DNA of 64,000 nt, taken from assembly GCA_020852515.1 (NCBI GenBank), contig JADZAS010000016.1, positions 186,155 through 250,154 of the forward strand. Direction: 5' to 3'. The notes below the pieces were generated by a model, which was not told the DNA's origin, ran no database searches, and worked only from the letters and a program-made list of their open reading frames with translations. The translations under genes were made by a program, and so were the position numbers. This stretch comes from Phycisphaerales bacterium (GTDB lineage Bacteria > Planctomycetota > Phycisphaerae > Phycisphaerales > UBA5793). Below, piece by piece: positions 1-8,160 of this stretch (the first letter of the stretch is position 1; the number at the start of each line of letters is the position of its first letter).

Positions 1-813
1 CCGATTTTCGCTCGGCAGCCCGGCGACAATGTCGCGGCACCTGGCCCACCAGGCTTCGTGTTCCGGCCGGCTCAGATCCTGCAGCCAGAGCACCTCTTCG
101 CGCGTGCGTGCGATGACGCCCAGCTCGACGTAGCCGCGCCTCAGGTCGCTGAGGAAGGCGTCTTCCGTCTGCAGCGACGCGAGCCGGTCCTGCCACACAT
201 CCGGCTCACCGAGGCGATTGAGCAGTTCCCACGCCGCAAGGCGCCACTGCGCGTGAACGACGTTCTCCGGCTCGGTCGCCACCACGTCGAAAACGATCTC
301 ACGGATGTCGTGGCCCGGGTGCAGCGCCTGCAGCGCCAGCCGCTCGGGCCGCGTCTCGTCGTCGTAGAGCGCGCATGGCCGATAGAGCGATCGCACGAGC
401 GAAGGCGTCATGTCCACCCAGCCGCGATCGGCGATGAGTTCGCAGGCCCACTCGACAAAGCCCCACGTCGGGTGCGTGGGCATGCGGTATTCGATGACGG
501 CCTTGGCTTCGGCCGGGTCGTGCTCTTCGAGTTGCTGCCAGGCGGAGGCGCGGTACGCAACGGAATACGACGGGCCGCTGATGATCTCTTTGAGTTGTTC
601 GACGCGGCGGGGATCGTCGGGCGACACGGCGCGGGCCTGCTCCATCGCCGCGTCGCGCTCGCGCGCCGTGAGGCGAGGATCGACCATCGCGGCGACCGGA
701 TCGTCGAATTCGCGCGGTTCGGCGCAACTCACCAGCGCCGCCGCAACGCCACCGTACAGCAGCAGCAAAAGCGCGCGACAGCGTCCTTTCAGGTGTCGGC
801 TGGAGTTCATCGC
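1..813 (-). CDS. hypothetical lipoprotein (runs off window start, so 3' end missing)
   Basis: Not in the ORF track because there is no in-window stop. Reverse complement of 811-813 is ATG. Hand translation reads MNSSRHLKGRCRALLLLLYGGVAAALVSC..., a signal peptide with lipobox L-V-S-C, followed by a diverse non-repetitive sequence. The 58..816 + ORF is its shadow. Confidence 0.6.
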
Positions 814-927
814 TGATTCTAGGAGCCGCCTGCCGCGAGCCTCTCTGGAACCGCGGGCCGCACTCGTTTACCATTGACTGCGGCCGCGAGGAGCCGCCTG
901 ACTTCACTTTCCTGACACGGTTGCACG

Positions 928-1176
928 ATGGCGCAGACTGCCGAACCTTCCCTCTTCGAACAGGTGGAGCGCGTGATCCAGCTCATCCGCCCGGCGATGC
1001 AGGCCGACGGCGGAGATGTGGAACTCGTCGAAGTCACCGAGCAGGGCGTCGTGCGCATCCGCTTCCACGGCGCCTGCTTCGGCTGTCCGTCGAGCACGCT
1101 CACGCTCCAGTCGGGCATCGAGCGCAATCTCAAGCAGCGCCTGCCCGTGATCAAGAGCGTCGAGTCCGTCGCCTGA
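928..1176 (+). CDS. NifU/Nfu-like Fe-S cluster assembly domain protein
   Basis: 82 aa; conserved GAC-x-GCPSS CxxC motif and overall Nfu C-terminal domain pattern. Confidence 0.8.
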   Translation: MAQTAEPSLFEQVERVIQLIRPAMQADGGDVELVEVTEQGVVRIRFHGACFGCPSSTLTLQSGIERNLKQRLPVIKSVESVA

Positions 1177-1240
1177 GCAACCCCTTCACGGACGCCGCCG
1201 CCCACGCACGAATTGACTTGCGGCCGGTTGCGGCGAAGGT

Positions 1241-2887
1241 ATGGGCATGCTCACCACCATTGCCGCCGCCGCCTTGTTCACGCTCCAGCCCGTTCCCCCC
1301 GCCGACGTCGTCATCCAGAACGCGCGGATCTGGAGCGACGGCCTGCCCGGCTTCGCGGCTTTCGCCGCCGTGCGCGACGGCGAATTCGTCTACGTCGGCG
1401 ATGCGGCCCCCGAGTGGATCGGCCCGCAGACGGTGGTCCTCGACGCCCGGCAGCGCCTCGTGCTGCCCGGGCTCATCGACTCGCACGTACACATGCTCGG
1501 CGGCGGCACGGGCCTGGCCCAACTCCAACTGCGCGACGCGGCCGACAAGGACGAATTTATCGCACGCATCGCCCGGTGGTCGGACCAGTTGCGCCCCGGT
1601 AAGTGGATCCTTGGCGGCCGGTGGTCGGTGGAGAGCTGGACGAGCCCGGAAGCGCCGCGCAAGGAGTGGATCGACGAAGTCACCGCCGGACATCCCCTCT
1701 ACCTGCCGCGCATGGATGGTCACTCGGCGCTGGTCAACTCCGCCGCGCTGGAACTGGCCGGCATCACGCGCGACGGCCCCGACGACCCCGAAGGCGGCGT
1801 GATCGATCGCGACCCGCAGACGCGCGAGCCAACCGGCATCCTCCGCGAGTCGGCGATGCGCCTCGTGTCGCGCTTCATCCCCGAGCCGACCGTTGATGAC
1901 AAAGTCGATGCCCTCCGCGCCGCCATGCACCACGCCCTGGCGCACGGCATCACCAGCGTCTCAGACGTTGCCTCCATCGGCGACCTGCCCGCGTATGAAC
2001 TTCTGGCCGCGGATGAGAACCTGCCCATGCGGCTGTTCGTTTACGCGACCGCCGACGACTGGGCCGATGCCGCCGAGATCATCAAGTCTTTTCAGGGTCG
2101 CGAAGACTGGATCGAAGTCAATGGTCTCAAGACGTACCTCGACGGCAGCCTCGGCTCGCGCACGGCGATGATGCGCGATCCCTACCTGGGCAACCGGCCC
2201 GATCAGCCGCAGTGGCGCGGCCTGTTTCGCGAGGGCGTAGAGGACGGCCGCTTCGACGCCAACCTTGCCGCGGCGCAGCGCGCGGGCCTTCAGCCCATCG
2301 TGCACGCCATCGGCGACCAGGCGAATCGCTTCCTGCTCAGCACGTATGCGGCGCACTTCGACCATCTCCGCGCCGCCCGCTGCCGCAGCGAACACGCGCA
2401 GCACCTGCTGCCCGATGACATCCAGCGCTTCGGCGATCTCGGCGTGATCGCTTCAATGCAACCTTATCACAAGGCCGACGACGGCCGCTACGCCGAAGCC
2501 ATCATCGGCCCCTATCGCGCGCGATCCAGTTACGCCTACAAGTCGCTGCTCGACGCCGGCGCCGTGCTCGCGTTCGGCTCCGACTGGCCGGTGGTGTCGA
2601 TCAACCCGATGCTCGGCGTCGAAGCGGCGGTCACGGGCCGCACCCTGGCGGGCGAAATCTGGCAGCCGCAGGAGAATCTCACCGTGGGCGAAGCCCTGCG
2701 CTGCTACACGACGCGGGCCGCGTACGCCATGTTCGAAGACGACCGCCTCGGCCGCATCGCCCCCGGCTACCGCGCCGACTTTGTCATCCTGAGCGCCTCC
2801 CCCTTCGACGCCGAGCCGAAGTGGAGCGAGATTCATCCCGTCGCGGTGTATGTGGATGGGGTGATGAGGTATGAGGCGGGGGAATGA
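1241..2887 (+). CDS. metal-dependent amidohydrolase (amidohydrolase-3 family)
   Basis: 548 aa; N-terminal hydrophobic segment; DSHVHMLGGG metal-binding motif; later HAIGD and FGSDWPV motifs typical of the family. Confidence 0.8.
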   Translation: MGMLTTIAAAALFTLQPVPPADVVIQNARIWSDGLPGFAAFAAVRDGEFVYVGDAAPEWIGPQTVVLDARQRLVLPGLIDSHVHMLGGGTGLAQLQLRDAADKDEFIARIARWSDQLRPGKWILGGRWSVESWTSPEAPRKEWIDEVTAGHPLYLPRMDGHSALVNSAALELAGITRDGPDDPEGGVIDRDPQTREPTGILRESAMRLVSRFIPEPTVDDKVDALRAAMHHALAHGITSVSDVASIGDLPAYELLAADENLPMRLFVYATADDWADAAEIIKSFQGREDWIEVNGLKTYLDGSLGSRTAMMRDPYLGNRPDQPQWRGLFREGVEDGRFDANLAAAQRAGLQPIVHAIGDQANRFLLSTYAAHFDHLRAARCRSEHAQHLLPDDIQRFGDLGVIASMQPYHKADDGRYAEAIIGPYRARSSYAYKSLLDAGAVLAFGSDWPVVSINPMLGVEAAVTGRTLAGEIWQPQENLTVGEALRCYTTRAAYAMFEDDRLGRIAPGYRADFVILSASPFDAEPKWSEIHPVAVYVDGVMRYEAGE

Positions 2888-2984
2888 AAGACTTCGCAGT
2901 TCGCTCCTAAGCATTTTGCTTATCCCCGTTCGCTGCGGATGGGGTGTAGAGTCTCAAATCGTCGGTTTGTCCGACACAGGGGCC

Positions 2985-3317
2985 ATGATGCCGTCGATTT
3001 CGCTCCACGAGGAAATGCCGGGGGCCGAGCTTGTCACGCTCATCGAAGCGCGCGACGCGCCACATCTGCGCGAACTGCTCAAATCGCGGGGCCTGGGCGC
3101 CATACGCCTCCATGAGCGAGGCGACGGCGACACGCTGCACCGATCGCTGACGGTCTGCGCTATCACGGACGCCGACTTCGAGTGGCTCATCGGCAGCGGA
3201 CCAGATGGCTACCGCTGGGCCGCCGCATCGCTCTACGCCGGCAAGACTCCCGGAGTGACCGACGGGTCGCATCAACCATCGGCCTCCCCGGAGTCCTGCT
3301 CGGGCGGTGGTGGCTGA
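2985..3317 (+). CDS. hypothetical protein
   Basis: Internal ATG at 2985 (MMPSISLHEEMPG...). Diverse composition unlike the R/A/P-rich shadow ORFs. Overlaps the 3' end of the convergent ORF 3272..3634. Confidence 0.3.
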   Translation: MMPSISLHEEMPGAELVTLIEARDAPHLRELLKSRGLGAIRLHERGDGDTLHRSLTVCAITDADFEWLIGSGPDGYRWAAASLYAGKTPGVTDGSHQPSASPESCSGGGG

Positions 3318-3634
3318 CCTCCACCGTGGGTCACCGTATTCAAGAGGTCGATCAGCATCCCCTGCACTTCCGCCAGTCTGCGGCACCGGTCCGGCTGCTC
3401 GCCACCGCGTTGGGCGTCGGCCAGGTTGCGCCGATGCTCGACGTAAAGCAGTTGAGACAAACCGCGCTGCACGGCTCCGCGCAGGTGAGCCATTTCGCGC
3501 TCGCTCGCGAGAGTTCCCGCGCCCGGCGGCGGAAAATCGCTCAGCGCTTCGAGGATCGCATCGAGCGTGAGCGCGGAATCGACTCGCGCCTCGGCAAGCC
3601 GATTCCTCGCTACACGCGCCAGGTCGAACGTCAT
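3272..3634 (-). CDS. hypothetical protein
   Basis: 120 aa; N-terminal two-thirds has balanced composition (MTFDLARVARNRLAEARVDSALTLDAILEAL...); C-terminus is Gly/Pro-rich. Confidence 0.3.
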   Translation of the reverse strand: MTFDLARVARNRLAEARVDSALTLDAILEALSDFPPPGAGTLASEREMAHLRGAVQRGLSQLLYVEHRRNLADAQRGGEQPDRCRRLAEVQGMLIDLLNTVTHGGGQPPPPEQDSGEADG

Positions 3635-3759
3635 GGTTCAACTCCTTAGGCGGGCGGAAACTCCCAGTCTATATCGTCATCGACGCGCCCGCCCGATCGC
3701 TTTATGAGGCTTTTGCTCGAATTATTGCCCGGCGGGTTTGCGATTGTCGCCCGGGAGAC

Positions 3760-4044
3760 TCAGGCTTCCGTCTCTTCAGGCGGCTTGTTCGTGCGCCGGA
3801 TCGCGGTGTCTGCAACGGGAGGCGGGGCAGTCACGTTCGCAGCCCGGTAGCCGCTTCCGCCGGAGAAAATCGCTCCCACGATCAGAAAGGAGGCAACCAG
3901 CCACACCAGAGCGACGAAGCCGCCTGCGACCTGAATCAGCCGCCCCCAAAGGGACTCACGCCACTCCGCGCCGATGGCGAGCAACCCGTACGCCGCCAAT
4001 GGAGAACCGACGAGCAGCATTAACCTGCCGATCCAACGCTTCAT
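3760..4044 (-). CDS. small membrane protein
   Basis: Internal start MKRWIGRLMLLVGSPLAAYGLLAIG... with two clear hydrophobic helices. The longer 144-aa ORF upstream of this Met looks non-coding. Confidence 0.45.
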   Translation of the reverse strand: MKRWIGRLMLLVGSPLAAYGLLAIGAEWRESLWGRLIQVAGGFVALVWLVASFLIVGAIFSGGSGYRAANVTAPPPVADTAIRRTNKPPEETEA

Positions 4045-4639
4045 TTCAGACTCCAGAAAAGAGATTTCGCGCTTGCCCTCTGCCGCCAGGCACAGGCGCA
4101 AGCGTGATCCAATGCTACACCTCACTCCGCGTTTCGTCGCCCGCCCGGGAGGTAGCGTGCAACCGAATCCGCTCCGGTCAAGCGACGGCAACAAGCGACT
4201 ACCCCGCCCGCAGCATCCGCACCTCTTCCGCCCTCACCCGCACATCCCCCTCAATCAACCGGCTCACGTTGTACTTCGGCTGCTGCAAAGAACCCGGACA
4301 CAGCGAGAGAGCAGGATGAGCGCCGCCTTGGAATCGCGCCGCGCCGCGCGGGTGCAGACCGGAGGAAGTTGGAATCGAACCGCGCTGCCAACGCGCAGGC
4401 GTTTTCGGACGTCAATCGGGTCGCTTTGCGAGGTCTGCGGACCTGATGGCGCGCTGTTCCCGCAGCGCCGGCCATCGACCGTTCACGGGCGTGAGTCGGC
4501 GATTGCGGCGGCATAATGGCGATGGACCATTGCCGCCGGCCGGCGCGTTGTTCCAGAGAGGCGTTCAAAGAGTTCTTTGGAGCGTTCATTTGACTCGTTG
4601 GAGGCTCCATTTGCGCACGGCGGACCCAGTTATACGTTA

Positions 4640-4800
4640 ATGGAACTTCCGCTTGAAGAAGAGAACGCACTGCGCATGCAAGCGGATCTTCCGCTTGGCT
4701 TTTTCCCTCCTCCATCTATGCAAGCGGGCCCTCGAAGGTGTCCCGCGAAGGTTCCAAGGATCCATCGAAATCTTCCGCTTGAAGATCGCAGCGCACTTCC
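4640..4800. repeat. intergenic inverted and direct repeat cluster (CAAGCGGA-TCT-TCCGCTTG hairpin; TCTTCCGCTTGAAGA x2-3; ATGCAAGCGG x2)
   Basis: Read directly from the sequence at ~4645-4790. Locally lower GC, with no credible ORF. Confidence 0.5.
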
Positions 4801-5196
4801 CGGACCCAGGGCGCCTCGCCAACGTCCGGGCCTCATCCAGTCGTGATCGGACGGCTCCGCGAGCCCACCACGAAATCACATACACCAGCCCCGATCGCGC
4901 CCACTGGTCGGCCCACTGACCCCTCACCCCGGGCCGGACCCGCCCACAAGCCACCTTGACCAAACAGGCTCCTGACAATAGACTGCGCCACGATGGCCAA
5001 ACGGAAAAGCGGCCCGAAATCGGCTTCGCGCGGCAAGGCGGCCGCTGAGGAGGCTGAGTCCTCCTGCTCAGCCGACGCCGACCGCGAAGCGACTGCGTTC
5101 CACAAACGAACGGGTAGAATCATCAAACTCCTCACTGTTCAAGAGATTCTCGATGAGGAGTGGGTGCAGAAGATGTGAGGCAAGTAAGGAATCGCG

Positions 5197-6078
5197 ATGA
5201 GCGTTACCGACTGGTTTCGATCTTTCAATAGTGAACTGCAAGTGACGCGAGCCGACACCATCTCGGATCGGTATAAGGCAATCACGCGACGCCTGAATAC
5301 GGATTATTGGGCGACGACCTCCGATACCTCGCACAGTTTGTATGTCGGCTCCTACGGCCGGAACACAGCCATTCGAGGCTTTAGCGACCTTGACATGCTC
5401 ATGCAGCTGCCTTATGCAGTATACGAGCAATATAATAATCATAGCGGCAACGGCCAGTCCGCCCTTCTGCAGGCGGTAAAGGCGTCGATCGAAAAGACCT
5501 ATTCGACGACCAGCATCAGGGCTGACGGGCAAGTCATCCTTGTACCGTTTACAGATGGAATCACGTTTGAAGTTGTGCCTGCGTTCGAGAACAAGAACAG
5601 CAGCTTCACCTACCCGAACGCGAACGGCGGCGGAAGTTGGGAGACCACAGATCCACGGCGGGAGATCGAGGCAATTCGACTGCGGAATGCTGCCTGTAAC
5701 TCTAATCTCGTACCTCTATGCAAGATGATGCGCGCATGGAAGGGCTGCTGGGGCGTTCCGATCGGTGGATTGCTGATCGATACGCTTGCATATCAGTTCA
5801 TTGAGAACTACGAGCACCGAGACAAGTCGTACCTGTACTATGACTTCATGTGCAGGGACTTCTTTCACTGGATGGCTAATCAAAGCGAGGCGCAAGAGTG
5901 GTGGCGAGCGCCGGGCAGCGGTGCGTATGTCTACGGGAAGGGGCTGTTTCAATACAAGGCCAAGCGTTGCTACAATATCGCGCTGGAAGCAATAGCGCAC
6001 GAGCAGGCCGATCCCAAACGGGAGTGGTCAGCGAAGCAGAAGTGGAGAGAAATCTTTGGATCATCCTTCCCCTCCTGA
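5197..6078 (+). CDS. SMODS-family nucleotidyltransferase (predicted second-messenger oligonucleotide/dinucleotide synthetase, CD-NTase-like)
   Basis: 293 aa. Motif YVGSYGRNTAIRGFSDLDMLM (G-S-x11-D-x-D) followed by ILVPFTDGITFEVVPAF (third acidic residue) is the pol-beta-like minimal nucleotidyltransferase core typical of SMODS/cGAS-DncV-like enzymes. AAGGAA RBS lies 8 nt upstream. Confidence 0.75.
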   Translation: MSVTDWFRSFNSELQVTRADTISDRYKAITRRLNTDYWATTSDTSHSLYVGSYGRNTAIRGFSDLDMLMQLPYAVYEQYNNHSGNGQSALLQAVKASIEKTYSTTSIRADGQVILVPFTDGITFEVVPAFENKNSSFTYPNANGGGSWETTDPRREIEAIRLRNAACNSNLVPLCKMMRAWKGCWGVPIGGLLIDTLAYQFIENYEHRDKSYLYYDFMCRDFFHWMANQSEAQEWWRAPGSGAYVYGKGLFQYKAKRCYNIALEAIAHEQADPKREWSAKQKWREIFGSSFPS

Positions 6079-6643
6079 GCCCATCGAGAGCGCCCGAGGC
6101 GCGCTTGAGGATCAGATTCGAGAGTGTTTCGGGCGAGTGGTTTACTCACATAAGACGCACGAGAAGTGTGCCGACATTCTGCTCGATCGGCTCGGTAAGA
6201 TCAAACTGGCGCAAATTGTACTCTCGGCGCTAGCTGCTGGAGGCTTCCTTGTTATTCTATTTGGGGAGGGGCGGCCAACCGCGATCATTGGTGCCATTAT
6301 CACCACGTCGCTGCTCGTCTTGAACGCGTATACCAAGGATTACGATCTAGGTGAGATAGCTCAAAGACATCGACAGGCAGCGGCTGATTTGTGGCTCGTT
6401 CGTGAAGGGTACTTGTCGCTGCTGACCGATATTCGTGGGCAGGCCGCGGGTCTCGATGTTTGTCGTACGCGACGCGATGATCTCCTGGCTCAATTGCACT
6501 CAGTGTATTCAGGCGCACCGAGCACGATGTGCAAGGCGTATAAAGCTGCGCAAACCGCGCTTCAAGAACTTGACGAACTCACGTTTGACGACGGCGAGAT
6601 CGATAAGTTTCTTCCTCAGTGCCTGAGAAAGGCCAAAGGCTAG
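6056..6643 (+). CDS. SLATT-domain two-transmembrane effector protein
   Basis: 195 aa. Overlaps the upstream gene by 23 nt, suggesting translational coupling. Two adjacent hydrophobic helices (LAQIVLSALAAGGFLVILFG; TAIIGAIITTSLLVLNAY) followed by a soluble helical C-terminal region, the SLATT architecture that partners with SMODS. Confidence 0.65.
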   Translation: MDHPSPPEPIESARGALEDQIRECFGRVVYSHKTHEKCADILLDRLGKIKLAQIVLSALAAGGFLVILFGEGRPTAIIGAIITTSLLVLNAYTKDYDLGEIAQRHRQAAADLWLVREGYLSLLTDIRGQAAGLDVCRTRRDDLLAQLHSVYSGAPSTMCKAYKAAQTALQELDELTFDDGEIDKFLPQCLRKAKG

Positions 6644-6659
6644 CAAACCGGCAGCAGTT

Positions 6660-6960
6660 GCTCGCGTCGGCATCGCGCGCGGCAGCAGCGCGCTGGTGCT
6701 CAGCCCGGGTGACTTCAGCGTGGTCGTGCGCGCCCTCGAGACGGTCAACGATGGCCGATCGCTCAATGTGCCGCGCGTGCTGGTGAACAACAACCAGCAG
6801 GCGTCGCTCAACTCCGTGCTCCAGCAGCCCTTTGTGAGCATCAACGCCTTTGACACGATTGCGACGACTTCGTTCGGCGGGAGGCTGGAAGCCTCGCTTG
6901 ACTACGGCACCCGCACCATCAAAGCACAGCTCGTTGGATTCCTTCGTGCGCGCTTCGTGT
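6660..6960 (+). pseudogene. secretin (GspD/PilQ-like) C-terminal domain fragment
   Basis: Frame reads ...GSSALVLSPGDFSVVVRALETVNDGRSLNVPRVLVNNNQQASLNSVLQQPFVSINAF...GGRLEASLDYGTRTIKAQL. This matches the conserved secretin-domain pattern (alvl-s-gdfsavlraLe...anvLssPrvltlNNqeAs...g...Pf). No N-terminal domains, no start codon; it degenerates after ~6960. Confidence 0.5.
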
Positions 6961-7019
6961 TCTTTGTGTCCTTCGTGGAAAACGTTGCGGTGTACAGCAC
7001 TGCACGCGCCGAGCGGCGA

Positions 7020-8054
7020 TCAGGCGGAGTGCGACACGTCGATGAGCGATTGCAGCGCGGCATTTGCCTTGCCGCTGGCGATCGAGTCGCGCGACATGGC
7101 AACGCCCACTGCAAACTCGGGCGCGAGGTCAGCCACGACCAGCGCCGCCGCTGCGTTGAGCACGGCCATTTCCGCGTGCGGCCCCGGCCGGCCTGAGAGA
7201 ACTTCTGTGATGATCCGGGCTGCGTCGGCCACGTCGGCGGCTGGGGGCGGAGCATCGCTGGGCGCCATGCCCAGCGACGCCGGGTCGCACCTGCCGGCGT
7301 GAACAGCGCCGGCCCGACAGTCGGCGAGTTGATTGGGGCCGGCGGTGGAGAGTTCGTCGAGCCCGCCGCAGCCGTGCACGATCATCGCGCGATGGGCGCC
7401 CAGCCGCGTGAGCGCCTGCGCGAGCAGATCGACAAACTGCGGCGCGTAGACGCCGATGACCTGACGCCGGGCGCCGGCTGGGTTGGTCAGCGGGCCGAGG
7501 AGATTGAAGATGGTGGGAAAGCCCAGCGAGCGGCGGGCGGGCATGGCGTGGCGCGTGGCGGGGTGGTGATGGATCGCAAACGAAAAGCTCAGCCCGGCCG
7601 TCTGCAGGCAGCGGGCCTGGACGTCGGGCGGAGCATTGACGTTGACGCCGAGATGCTCGAGGACTTCGGCCGAGCCGCGGCCGGTGCGCGAGCGGTTGCC
7701 GTGTTTGGCGACGACGGCGCCGGCGCCGGCGGCGACGACGGCCGCGGCGGTGGAGACGTTGAAAGTCTTGGGCGCGCCGCCGGTGCCGCAGGTGTCGATG
7801 AGCCGATCGCGGAGATCGTCGGGCACGGGCACGCGGGTCACGTGCTCGCGCATGACGCGTGCCGCGCCGACGAGTTCATCCACGCCCGGGCCGCGCTGCG
7901 CGAGCACGGTGAGGAGCTGGGCGATCCGCTCCGTCTGGGCCCGGCCGGTCATGATGAGCGAAAACGCCTGATGCGCCTCGTCTTCGCTCAGCGAAGGGCG
8001 GCTTTGCGCAAGGGCAATGAGCGGCTCAAGATCGGCGGCGGGTGCGGCGGACAT
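7020..8054 (-). CDS. trpD: anthranilate phosphoribosyltransferase
   Basis: 344 aa; GTGGAPKTFNVSTAAA, HGNRSRTGRGSAEVLE and other TrpD hallmark blocks. Confidence 0.9.
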   Translation of the reverse strand: MSAAPAADLEPLIALAQSRPSLSEDEAHQAFSLIMTGRAQTERIAQLLTVLAQRGPGVDELVGAARVMREHVTRVPVPDDLRDRLIDTCGTGGAPKTFNVSTAAAVVAAGAGAVVAKHGNRSRTGRGSAEVLEHLGVNVNAPPDVQARCLQTAGLSFSFAIHHHPATRHAMPARRSLGFPTIFNLLGPLTNPAGARRQVIGVYAPQFVDLLAQALTRLGAHRAMIVHGCGGLDELSTAGPNQLADCRAGAVHAGRCDPASLGMAPSDAPPPAADVADAARIITEVLSGRPGPHAEMAVLNAAAALVVADLAPEFAVGVAMSRDSIASGKANAALQSLIDVSHSA

Positions 8055-8160
8055 GATCCGGCCATTCTAGGTGTGCGACCCGAGGAGCACGGGCGGAGGG
8101 TGATGCAACAGGTCGGCGCCGCGGTTCGTATGATCTGACACCCGCCCAGCGGCCGATGTT

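Larger units (their letters stand above)
5090..6650 (+). mobile_element. compositionally distinct low-GC insertion carrying the SMODS-SLATT gene pair
   Basis: GC drops to roughly 50% versus roughly 68% in flanks. Sharp transitions at ~5085 and ~6645. No integrase or transposase inside. Confidence 0.5.

Noticed and set aside
58-816. 252-aa + strand ORF at window start
   Set aside because: Arg/Ala/His-rich low-complexity translation. It lies exactly antisense to a well-behaved minus-strand lipoprotein gene (ATG at 813) and is a high-GC shadow ORF.
2907-3641. 244-aa minus ORF
   Set aside because: Arg/Ala/Gly-rich low complexity. Only the shorter in-frame-independent ORF 3272..3634 and the + ORF 2985..3317 have protein-like composition, and even those are low confidence.
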